Assembly: GCA_051294905.1 (NCBI GenBank)
Contig: CM119372.1
Coordinates: 27,592,001 to 27,656,000 of the forward strand
Source of the DNA: Botryllus schlosseri
Taxonomy: Eukaryota
DNA length: 64,000 nt
Direction of reading: 5' to 3'
Shown: positions 40,178-52,587 of the stretch, piece after piece
How positions within the stretch are numbered: position 1 is the stretch's first letter
Layout: every line of letters starts with the position of its first letter
Made by a program: the position numbers and the translations under genes
Notes under the pieces: generated by a model
What the model saw: the letters and a program-made list of their open reading frames with translations, nothing else
What the model was told of the DNA's origin: nothing
Database searches by the model: none

Positions 40178-41255
40178 CAGGGGTGGGCAAACTTTTGAGC
40201 TCGCGTGCCGCATTCAACATCTGAATCCATTCGCGGGCCGCACTATATAAAATTGGGATTATAAACCAAAACGCAATATTGCTATTTGATTATATAGTGA
40301 GGACATGGAGATAATATATATGCTTATTTAAAACAAGCCAAACATTGCTTTGATGATATCGTACACGCGTCAGAAACATATAGTGGCGGGATTTCATAGG
40401 CTGGCGGACCTCAACAACGAATTTGTCAAAACTGGAGATGAAAGTCGGTTGGCCCGATTCTTAGAACAGGATTGAAATTTAAATCTGTGAGCAGCGATCT
40501 GTTCATAGATTTACTAATTCCATTTTTGGTTCAGTTCCAGAACACACAATTCTGACAGCATCATAACCATGTTAGCTTCAAACACGCTTCTACTATGTGT
40601 AGATAAAATATAAATTCCCCAATGCTACACATACAGACGAATCTACCTAAGACACGCCCGAATCGTTTTTTATAAGCACATCACTGAAATAATTAAAAAT
40701 GGAGTGGCCAATCTGATATCCCAGTCGTGATCGAAATTATCTCAATCTCGTTGCAGCTATTCCGCTGTGATATAAAGTATTTACCTTAGATCAGGTGTTT
40801 TCAAACATTTTAGGTGATGATTGATGGTGAACGATTTCACGCCCCCCTATCGTCATGTCACAAAACGCAACCAGGATGCTAGCAAACCTAACAGGTAGTT
40901 TGATGGCATGGAAGGTTACAACTGTGGTTGAGAGATTTTGAATTAAGTAATTCAGACTAAAGAGCAGGAACTCGGAATTGGATGAAATCGCGCAGAGCGC
41001 GAAAAATTTTTTCAGTCCAGCTCAGCTTCGCGTCCCTTCAGATGCTTTGATGCTTCGAGCCCCCTTTCAGATGCGTGCCCACCAGTTTGAGAACCACTGT
41101 CTTAAAATTATCGTGGTGAAATATACTAAGAAAAAGTTAATCAAGTCCCTGCAATAATTCGATTTTTAGTACGTATTTTATCAATATTTAAAAAAAGCTT
41201 TTTTAGACTCTTGCGGGCCGCATGCGGCCCGCGGGCCGTAGTTTACCCACCCCTG
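40178..41255. mobile_element. hAT MITE with a nested MITE (about 40792-41099)
   Basis: TIR CAGGGGTGGGYAAAC; TSD GTCCAAGT/GTCTAAGT. Confidence 0.85.
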
Positions 41256-42074
41256 GTCTAAGTCGACAGCAGTAAACATGCGACCCTCTTGGTGAAATAA
41301 TAGACCCGGTTGGAAGTCGGTGGCCTCGGGCATATGTTTCATACAGCTACTGTCTGCGCTTTCTCTATATCATATGCATGCCAGTAAAAATGTATCATAG
41401 TAATATTAGAAATGCATTTAATGTTTGAGGCTTGCGTCGCGAGATGCCACTAAAACTCATATGAGGGATGCGATCAAAAGAGTCCAAGACAACTGCTATA
41501 TAGTGAAAAAAATGCCTGCTGTTGGGGCTGATATTGTGAAAATGCCCTAATTTTATAAGGAAACCAGTTAGCTTGACAATATTAAACGCCTGCAATCTCC
41601 ATGTAGGCGAATATACCTATGACATTAAATTCTAAATTGGCAAGCATGACTCGAACCAATTCACATGACTCGAGACTCGGACGGCCAAGACCGACATTTC
41701 ATTGTAATTTCGGAGAATAGTAAAGTAACTACAGTATTTGGGTTTCGTTTATTGGTACTGATACTCAAAAATGCGACCAGAAACTCCTAAAAGTGAGAAA
41801 AATCAGTATATTATAAATGCAAACCATTCGATATCACCATACAGAGTTATAAAAAGTAAGGTTACAAGACTTTAACTGGAAACTAAGCAGTCAACACAAT
41901 GACTTGGACTCGGACTCGAGTCATAATATTATGACTCGGACTCGACCCTCTGCTCGCTGACTTGGACTTGACTCGGTGGTGAGTTGAAAATGACTCGACT
42001 TGACTCGAATCAAAACTATAAAAGTGAGATTGACTTGTGACTCAGAGTCTTGTGACTTGGTTACAGCCCTGTCT

Positions 42075-45000
42075 GCTTCCTTTTTTCATTTTTTATCAGT
42101 TTTCATAACATGGACTTTCTAATAACCTAATATGTATGAATTATTCGAACACGACATACATCCAATGCTGTATTATTAAAATGCGGATAAAACAATCGAA
42201 GTGTTGCTCTTGTGTATGAGTCAGCAACTATTACAGAGATGCATCTTACTAATTTTATCATTACACACTGTACTGATTACAAGCACACACACTCTCACTA
42301 CTAATAGATATTGGTCATAAACGAAATTTACGAAGTAGTTAAATAACATATGTCTATTCTACATGCAACTAGACAAGTATTCAAGGACTAGGACTTGCAG
42401 TCTTTCTTAAAGATTTGTTCGACCCAAGCAGTCAAGCTACCCTACAAATATCTTTAATTTTGTCAAGTTGGAAGGAGCGTTTGGTTATATTTGCATGAAT
42501 TTTACAACCAGACGATATATTTGCTCTGTCACAATATCATGATAAAATTCAAAAAATTGCATCAATTTGTGACTGCATCGCAAAGATACATATTGCTTCT
42601 TTCTTTCTCTATGCAATTGAATTGTATTTGGCAAATAATCTTCAATTCTATCTATGTCAGGGGTGGCCGACCTTTACGGCCAAAGGGCCACATGAGATTT
42701 ACGAACCATTGCGCGGGCAACTGGAATGTTGATAACCATTTTTTAGTCGCCCGATAGGAACGAACCTCATTCGGTAACATTGAAAACAAGACTTATATGA
42801 CTATGACTACGCTTTAAAATTGACAACAATTATGTCATGAAAGCTCAGTGTACAACTGTACAATGTACAGTCATGCCCTGATCACGCGAAGCACGAATTT
42901 TGTAAAGGTAATGAATGAATTCGATCAATAAATATAAAACTTGGATATGTTGAGGGTTTCCTCTGTATAGCAATTGGCTCATTTGGTAAGGACATCGTTA
43001 TTTGGCGTTTTAGACAATATCGACGATTTCGGTGAACATGCCGATGTCATTTTGCGCAAATGTTTCATCGCCGACGACCTCGCTTCGAGTGCACAAGCGA
43101 TGTCCCATGTTCGACGACATGTTATCTCCTAATTGCGAGTATAGTTGGACTCAATTCTGTAAATTACGCGTATTTATAATTTCTAGGAGGGTTTCCAATA
43201 CTAAATGCAAGAAATGTGACAATAAATCATGCGAACCAGGAAAAATATCAAGTCAAATAAATCTGATACGGAATATTCTACTTTATGGTCATATACGAAG
43301 ATCTGCGATGAATATGACTGGCTCCTGGTTACCCCAAATGCGCCGAAAGTGATGTTCTAATCATCATCAAATTTCGCGGTCAGGCTAATCAAATTTTGGT
43401 TGGCCTTGCAGTTTGCCTTATGATTTATCTAATTTCGAGAATTACCTCGCAGGCCTCACAAAACCTTTTCGCGGGCCACATTTGGCCCACGGGGCACGGT
43501 CTGGCCGCCCCTGATCTGTATCGTTACTGTACTAACATAGGGTTGCCATACGTCCGGAATTTCCCGGACATGTCCGGAATTTCACTGAAAAAACTGCGTC
43601 CGGGAGGAATTTCTAAAATATGCCTGAATGTCCGGAATTTTGAAGGCTTGAAGCAGGCTCAAAAGCTTTTCGTAGATCCACATAAACAATATTATTTTCA
43701 AGCGTATTTATGCTATTCAAAATTCTTCTTTGCGTTACGCGCGAGTTAATGCAACGTATAATGATATTAGTATGGGTACCAGGCACCACCCTCGTCAAAA
43801 TGCGATCAAAATAAATATAAATAACCATCATTTACTGAAATAAGTCAGATTGTAATCGCAATTATAAGCTAACGGTATATTCCTAGAGTTGGTTAAGGCC
43901 GATTGGATGCTTCAGTCACAGACAGTGGTTCCAAATCTTGGGGTCGTTTGCCTTTATCTGGGGATCGCGATGACTTTGGACGTAATCAGCTTCCTATGCC
44001 GTGAGTAAGTTTATGCAAGCTGAAGTTTTTTAGTAATCAGCTTATCAAGTTTTGAACTTTGCCACGGAACATTTTCAAGTTGGAAATGAGGTCGCAACCA
44101 TAAAAGGTTGGAAACCACCGGATGTGCAATCTCTGATGCATTTTATGGTAGCCTAATATATGGAAGAATCAATATTATTGACGGAATTCATACATAAAAT
44201 TTAATAGCTAAATGCATATAGTAAGTGTCCAACAAGTTACATCGACCACCCTATGGTGGGCCCAAGATCACTGCTTTTTTGGCGGAAGGGGGCACAAAAA
44301 ATGTTGTTTCGGACCTGAGTAATACACATAACCAGATAGCCGCACCGACCTAACAAACACAATCCTGACAGGCCAGACACGGCCCGCCAGACGGTTTCAT
44401 CCGGCCCGTGGAGGAATTTATTGCAGACCCTAGCACAGTGGTTCTCAACCGGGGGTCCGCGGAACCCTGGGGGTCCGTGAAGCATTTTCAGGGGGTCCGC
44501 GAAGCCTCTGAATTTTTAAAATGATCGACAACCTACTTTTTATTTATTTTAATTAGGAGAAGCATGAGCCAGTTTCGCTTCATAATTGCTCAGACTTTAG
44601 GACTCGCATCATCGAAATGGTCGTCTGAGATAAAATATCCGAATGTGCACATTCCTTTTAATTGTCAAATTGCCAATAGCCTGTTGATGCAAATACATTG
44701 CTGTTTGGAGATTTTTGTTGGGGTTTGCGGAAAAATGAAATGTTGGAGATAGCAAGGTCAAACAGGGTGACTTCTAAATGTTTGCAAGACATTTTGGATT
44801 TGGAGTTATCAGTCTCAGCAAATTGGTAACAGTCGTCTGAAATAAAAATTCCTGAATTTGTTTCCTAATCTGCCCCAATGAAGGAATTGAAACCTCGCCA
44901 CGAAATCCATTCTCTCCTGTGATATAACCACTAAATAACTTCAATAGAAGATGCAAGATAGAAATGACTAGGCTGGACGTAATATGTTCATTCAAAACTC

Positions 45001-45990
45001 ACAACAAAAGCTGTCGTCGGAGGCGTTACGCGGTAATATTACATTCGCCACCAATATATCTTGGTGGAAATGGATTTTGGCACTCATTCATATGAAATCG
45101 AAGACGCCGATTTCCAATACAATAAATACAGCTGGAAAATTCCTTTCGAAATAATAAAAGCCTAGCCAATTTTCACATATAGTATGAAGTTATTTTCAAG
45201 AAAAGTCATTTTGTGGCTATTTTTCACTTGCCTACAATTAATATTTGCACAAGACAGATGACGGTTGCACGATAATTGAGCTAATTTTGAACGAAAACTT
45301 CAGGGGGTCCGCGGGGTCTGTGACGGTCCAAAAGGGGTCCGCGAACACAAAAAGGTTGAGAACCACTGCCCTAGCAAGTAGCAATCACCAGAGCTCACAT
45401 TACAGATGGTCCAATTCATGACCTATGTTCCACTGCAGTCCTGTATAGTGCATACCAGCTGCATCCCGCCGGCCAAACGGTTTCATCCGGCCCGCGACGC
45501 GATTCTGGAAAATGGCACATTTTCAGCACATTTCTAACAAATGACGATTCAATGCTGTAAACGACTATGATTCAAGTTAAAAACAAGGGCATGGATATTG
45601 AGGAAACATTTTGGAACCATTTGACTGGTCCGGCCCGCGCGCGAGTGCTCTGAAGGTATCAATCCGGCCCGCGACGCAAGTTAAGTTTGACACCCTTGGT
45701 GTATACACTCGATGAGCAATGCTTTGCTAGTGTGACGTCATATTGACGGACAATGTGTTAAACCTCATTTTGAAATCCGCTAGTGGGCGCTAAAGAGTGA
45801 CCGGAATTTGCTTCACAAAAATATAGTAACTAACAGTGATTGATAGTACACAAAAATCCTAATATAGTTATTATAAGTAATTTTAAAGATATCTTTGAAA
45901 GCAATCGTTTACATGATCAAGAAGTTGAAGTCGGAGTCGCAGTCGAAGTCAGGGTCATTTCCACTAAATCCGACTCTGACTCCAGCCAAT
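42075..45990 (-). mobile_element. Degenerate second copy of family G containing C (42658-43513), B (about 43538-45830), F (44436-45368) and a small MITE (45456-45698)
   Basis: 42180-42650 is reverse-complement homologous to about 23290-23790; 45900-45990 matches 22290-22380; F has perfect TSD CCCTAGCA; outer ends approximate. Confidence 0.7.
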
Positions 45991-48299
45991 ATATCACTTC
46001 CAAATCATCACCCTTCTTTTTCACTGCGATACTGTATTATCAAGCCTGTATACACGTATATGATCGTGTATTACATTATATTACGGATCATAGTGGCTCC
46101 ATTATGGCAACACCTTTATTCGCAAGCAATGACTGTTGTTCGATTGTATACATTTATAAACCGCTAAATCAGTAGTTCTAGCGACGATATAAGTTGGCAT
46201 ATATGTATCGGCTCCCATTGTGTTATTCGCAATAAATCGGAACGTAGCCCAGCGTATGCGCTGTGAGGAAAACAAAATATTCAACCGTAAACGCTACCGT
46301 CGGTGGAATTGGGTTCATTATAATAGAATGATTATCATTAAATCAATATCATTTGAGGTTCTCTGAGGCAGATCTTTTGAATCATAATTATTAACGCAGT
46401 GGCCTCTGGATTCTTTCTGAACTGTGATATTTTCCGAAAAATCTACATAAAAGGGTTTCGCATTGGCGCTTACGCTTATATCTCGATGATTAATTTTTGG
46501 TTCATATTGCCATAACATTTTGAAATCAGTGGGCACTTTTTTACATTCTCGGAATTCGGTTCCAATGTCAACGACTTACTCCTATTGGTCACTAGAGTGA
46601 AACCGTGACACTGCCGGCGGGTGGTCATGATGAGACCTATAAACATGTTCGATATTTGTTGGTTTGAATATAAGGGAATATGTAATTGAATTATTTCTTA
46701 CTAAAAATCTGAGCATTCGTTAAAATTGTGTTGGATAATTCAAACTTTTAGTTTTCACAATTTCTTCGAACACCGGATTTAATCGTTTGGCGTGACGGAT
46801 TGTATTTGTATATTCTCAGGTGAATGAAGGTCGGTAGTGTAAGTCACCAATTTAATGTCTGCGCGCATATAGCAACCGATATATAATTTTGTGTCGCTTT
46901 GTTCGTTGTTAGCTGAACATGGTGTCTTGTGCAGAAACAGCCTGAGAAACACGTACTGCACTAAATGTTGGACAACCAGCATGTGTGCAAAGTATTGACC
47001 GTATTTATGACCCAGTGTTTCGGGTTCGGAGCAAATTACAAAAGTCATATCGAGTCGTGGAACATGCAGGCTGGAGTCGGGTACATCACTCGAATTTTCG
47101 GTGACTCGAGTCAAGTCAAGTCATATAAATTCAAGTCAAGCCAAGTCGAATTTACGAAGTACGAGGCGTGATGAATATAATAAAAGCGCTGGTTACACTG
47201 ATTGTGCAAGACATTGCTTTTTGTAAGATGATTGATTTGCGACTTGGTGTGATTCGATTATTGAATATATAGTTATAACGAACAGTGGCTGCATTATGAC
47301 TGCAAACGATGAAAATAAAAGTCAATGGAGTAATGTGAGGAGCGACGCCGTCATGTCACCAATGGGTACAGGTAGGACCATAACTGCCACACCACAAACC
47401 CCGCAGTTGGGGGGTCGAGCTCGAAGCGGGGCCAAAAGTATTTCGTGAATGAACATAAATAGAGAGTCTTTTTTAAAATTTATTTTCAATTTGTTCAGAA
47501 CTTTTTCGCGCTTTGCGCGATAGAATGTTACCACGAACTTGATTATTGTGTACCCTTCCTCAGGAACAAATACATATGACTTATAGAAATGAGCATTTCA
47601 GCGTCGGCTATTACCGCGCTATGACGCACGAAGACATATGAAGTTTTAGGCCATATATGGGACTCCGAGAAGTGTGCAAGAACGATCGGCAGCGAGAAAA
47701 CCCTTGCCCTAACAGGACTGCACTTATGCTGAACGAAAACTTCGATATATTTATATAAATATGTATATGTTTAATTAAATAATTTAAGTATCCACGGACG
47801 CTAAATGGCTGACGCCGGATGTTCCTGTCCTGGCAATCTGAACCCCTCAAGACAAATCACACCTCGTAGGATAAAATATTTGCCAATGAAGAAATAGCAA
47901 TTTGAAATCGTATGCGTCTTTTAGTTCAGTACGTTAGGACGATTTCAATATCTTTTGACATAACAGATAGGAGGTCACGAAATAACATCATGTAACGAAG
48001 TCATTGTACCAACGGGTCAGCCCGAAGCGGCTTAGTTATTATTTACGGACCACAATTTTTCAAGAAACCTTTATCAGCTCTATACTGGTAAATTTGATTA
48101 CGTGAGCAGAGAGGAGATAAAATGATAATATGCTATATGCTATATGATATTGACCGACTCAATAAACAATTATGAAAACTTTCTCGTTTCGCGCGGCTAG
48201 GTATTACAGCTAGTCCCACTTAATAGTACAACAGATGTCGCTGATAAGCAGCGGTAAAAACTCAAGATACAGCCTGATGGGGTGTGTGTGAATCCCCCC

Positions 48300-48479
48300 T
48301 GTACTGAAAACGTACTACGACCTCAACGCAAGTTTGGTTTTTATTAACTAATGAAGACTCGAGCAACTAAACGTGGTACATACAACACTCAATATATATG
48401 GTAGGGTAAGATGCGGGTAATCAACACAAATGCGGGTAATCAACACAATTGGTGAGATCACGAGGAAATAATCACCACA
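48300..48479 (-). repeat. 3' LTR
   Basis: Identical by eye to 52408-52587; internal 19-bp duplication ATGCGGGTAATCAACACAA. Confidence 0.95.
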
Positions 48480-48559
48480 ATCACCCCTCCTTAAAAATAA
48501 GACTACACTATAAATAAATCGTTACGAATGACAAATTTTCAAGCTACAAACAAAACAAT

Positions 48560-51500
48560 TTAGGCCCAATCTCCGTATCTATCAGGAGGCCGACGGATGC
48601 GAGTAGAACGACGGAGAGAAACTGCAGGCATCGGACTGCCATCGACGTCGTCTGGGCGATCTACGTGAGAATCGGTGTTCGTGCGCTCCTTCTCAACTGA
48701 CCGAATCGATTCTTCAGCCAGTTCAGGTTCGCGTTCCAGAATCTCCACATCTTCCTCAGTTTCGGACTTTGAACGCAAGGATTCTGTCCGTTCACGAGGA
48801 GGACACGGAGCAAGGTCTTTCACAGATACCGTACTTTCACGACCGTCTCGGCGCTTTACAAGAGCATACTTTGGATTTACTTCAATGAGTTCGACATATT
48901 CGCAGAGAGGATCGCTTTTATTACGGACGAATTTCCTCAGGAGCGCATCTTTGCTGGATATCATCCAATCTGGAATAGATTGACCGTGCATCGATCGACG
49001 ACAAAATGAAAAGAAACGTTCATGTGGAGTGACTCCGGTGGCAGTACATAATAATGACCTTATAGAATGTAAGGCGTCTGCTAACACCGCTTCCCAAGCG
49101 CTCTCTGGCAATTCGTGAGATGCGAGTTAAAGTTTAATTGACCTCCATATCGTCTGATTAGCCCGCTCACATTGACTGTTACCCGTAGGGTGATAGGGAG
49201 TGGTCCGACTGGTCGCAACACCCTTTCGGATCAAAAACTCGTGGACATCTTTAGAGAGAAAAGACTTTCCCCTGTCACTATGTACATAGCCAGGTAATCC
49301 AAACAAAGCGAACAATGACGATAAACAGCTAATAACAGTCTGCGACGTCATATCGGCGCATGGGAAGACGAAAGGAAAACGACTGAATTCGTCGATTACA
49401 ACAAGCAAGTAAGGTCGTTTTCCAGCGACTGGTCCTTTGAAATCTATACTCACGCGATCCCATGCCCTAATAGCTTTGACGAGAGTATAAGCTTCTGGTC
49501 TGAAAAATCGGGGTTTAATTTCAGCACATTCTGGGCAATCTCGGCACTCCTTCTTTATTTCTTCTGTGGAAAAAGGTAAACATTTAGCTCGAACGAAGTG
49601 CATCATCCGTCGCACTCCTGGGTGCGACAGTGTTACGTGAATATTCCGTAAGCTCGATCCTGTAAAGGCACAAACTCTCGACATCGAATCGGCGGCTACG
49701 TTGTCTTTACCTGGTCGATGTTTGATGCGGTATTTGAATGCACTTAATTCGAGTTTCCACAACGACAATTTTGTATTCTTTATCTTACTGCGATGAGATT
49801 TCGCGAATATGAAGGACAGTGCATTTTGATCCGTGATCAAGGTAAACGGTTTTATATGAAGTAGATAGCCCCACTTACGTACTGCTTCAATAATGGCAGC
49901 TGCTTCTTTTTCTACGGCAGCGTACCTCTTCTCATGCTTGTTCAGCGTTCTGTGCGCAAACGCTACCGGCCTCCCTCTTTGGCTGAGTATTGCAGCAATG
50001 GCGAATTCAGAAGCATCACACTCGATGGTAAATTCTTCATCCTCCAGAATACAGCCGAGACTTGACCGTAGGAGATCGTTCTTCAATTGCCGAAATGCCA
50101 TCAAAGCTTCGCTGCTCAAGGGAAATGTCAAATCGTTGTTACATAGCGGACCAATTTTACCGGAAAAATTCGATATCCACTTCGAGTAGTAAGAAAACAT
50201 TCCCAGACAACGTTTCAAACTTTTTCCGTCAGAAGGCGCAGGTAAGTCAACTAGAGGCTTCAGATGAGCAGGATCAGGCTTTATGGAGTCGTGAGCGACG
50301 AGGTGTCCCAAAATGGACAATTCCTTAACACAGAACTTGCACTTGTTAACATTCAGAGTTAGATCACAAACCTTCGCGGCGGTTATAAAAGCTTGCAAAC
50401 GTTCATCATGCTGTTGCTTTGTATCGCCATAAATGGTAATGTCGTCTAGATAAGCGACAGTGCCTTTCAGTCCGTTGCCTTCTATAAATCTGTCAATAAA
50501 GCGTTGAAACGCAGCAACTCCATTAGTGACTCCAAAGGGAAGCCTGCAAAATTGATATAGACGACCACAAGCTTCGAATGCAGTAAAGGGCTTATCATTA
50601 CTTCCAAGAGGTACCTGATGGTAAGCGGACTTCAAATCTATCGCACTGTACCATTTACCTCGAGCTACTTCATTTACGACGTTTTCAATCTTCGGAAGCG
50701 GATATGCATCTAGCGGAGTATAGCGGTTGATTGTTTGAGAGTAATCAACGACCAATCTCATTTTGTGTCTGGAGTCCTTTACCACCAATACCTGAGCTCT
50801 CCACGGAGACGAGGAAGGTTCAATCACTCCAGAATCCAGAAGTTTTGATACTTCGTCACGTATAAACACCTTGTCATCATTACTGTAGTTTCTGGACTTG
50901 GTAGCCAAGGGCTGCACGTTCCCATCTACAAACCGAAAAATACACGGCGTCTCATCCACTTTAGCAGCTATCACATTACAGGCATCAGTTGCTGCTGCAG
51001 CTGTATCAGCGCTCCCGTCAACGCTTTCATTTGTGACCATCCCATCGCCTCCGCCACTTGCTCTGCCGCTGTTGATGGTTAGATCTCCATCGCCACTGAA
51101 TTCAAAAACAACTCTTTTATGCTTTTCGAAGAAATTATGGCCTAGAACCAAATCGCAACAAAGATCGTCAAGAACGCCGAACCGAACAGACTTATATATT
51201 CGATTACCCAAATCCAGAGGAACACAAACGAAACCGTTGACTTCGGCGGCGAATTGTCCTGAAGCGAGTTTGATCATGGTTTGCAGTCCTCTGCCTTTCA
51301 ACCCAAGCGAAGCGGCTACTTTAGAATCCATGTAATTTTCCCAAGCTCCGGAATCCAGTAAGGCACGCAACTTTGCTTTACGAATGTAAGCGGGCACAGT
51401 AGTGTTGGACAGCGAGGAACAGCCATTAGATGCAAGAATGGACGAGATTCGAGGTTCAGTGACAGACGCAGCTGTTTTCACTACTTGGGATCGACACATT

Positions 51501-52393
51501 TTACTGAAATGCCCTTGCTTTTGGCACTTGAAACACCTCACGTACCGAGCAGGGCATAGGGCACGGTCTAAAACGTGACTGTTACCACAAAATATACACT
51601 TCGACGATTGACGACGGACTACCGCGACTTCACTTACGCCATCATTCGAAGATGTACAATCCGTGCGAGCCACGCTATTCACATTAGCGATCTCGCTCGC
51701 ATCATTATTCGCAGCAATGTGTGCGGATGCGCAATCTATGTGAGCCATGCTACTCACAGTAGCGGTGGTCTCGTAGGAACGAGAGAAGCACTCGGCTTTC
51801 TCCATAGTGTCTGCAACTTGAAGTGCTTTATCCAAAGATAGTTCCTCGTGTTCCAGAAGACGAAGACGTATATTTGCTGATCGCAATCCAGAAATGAATG
51901 CATCGCGTACAGATTCTTCCAAATGCGTTTCTGCGGTAACCGACTTGAACTCGCATTTCTTGCCCAATGTTAACAATTCTTGTGCAAATTCAGATACGCT
52001 CTCACTCGTCATTTGTTTTCTGGCCGAGAGGTTATGACGAGCGTAAATAGTATTGTTCTTCTTGACATACATCTTCTTCAATTTCTCCATTGCTTCAAGG
52101 TAGTTCTCCTTATCTTCGATATACGAAAATATCTCAGCAGACATGTATCCACCCATAATAGCGATCTTATTGATAGTGGAAAGTGCGGGTGAATCCGACC
52201 CACTCCCAGACGATGCGGAGCTGGCATTTCTTGATTGCTCAACGGCTTCAATATAGCTCTCCAACATACGCTTCCAATGGTTGAAAACCTTCTGCGAATC
52301 CACTGCACGTGGTAACACTTCCAACACTGGTACGCGGATGAGCTTCTCGTTGTAAGCAGCCATGTCTTTTACGGAAAAGACGACAACGTTCAT
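48560..52393 (-). pseudogene. gag-pol polyprotein with a single in-frame TAA (49127-49129) in integrase
   Basis: CFKCQKQGHFSKMC knuckle, LLDSGA protease, YLDD RT, CDASEFA RNase H, HPG...CPEC, SIDFKG, HSDRG, GNSQCER; reads SIKL*LASHELPESAWE in frame. Confidence 0.92.
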
Positions 52394-52407
52394 TTAGTTA
52401 ATAAAAT

Positions 52408-52587
52408 TGTACTGAAAACGTACTACGACCTCAACGCAAGTTTGGTTTTTATTAACTAATGAAGACTCGAGCAACTAAACGTGGTACATACAACACTCAA
52501 TATATATGGTAGGGTAAGATGCGGGTAATCAACACAAATGCGGGTAATCAACACAATTGGTGAGATCACGAGGAAATAATCACCACA
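52408..52587 (-). repeat. 5' LTR with TATA-like box (about 52500-52507) and AATAAA (52448-52453)
   Basis: Upstream of the gag ATG on the minus strand; identical to 3' LTR. Confidence 0.93.

Larger units (their letters stand above)
48300..52587 (-). mobile_element. Gypsy/Ty3 LTR retrotransposon, recent insertion into a family-A element
   Basis: Identical 180-bp TG...CA LTRs; PPT AAGGAGGGGTGAT next to the 3' LTR; C6 run on both flanks (TSD length ambiguous); PR-RT-RH-IN order. Confidence 0.95.
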
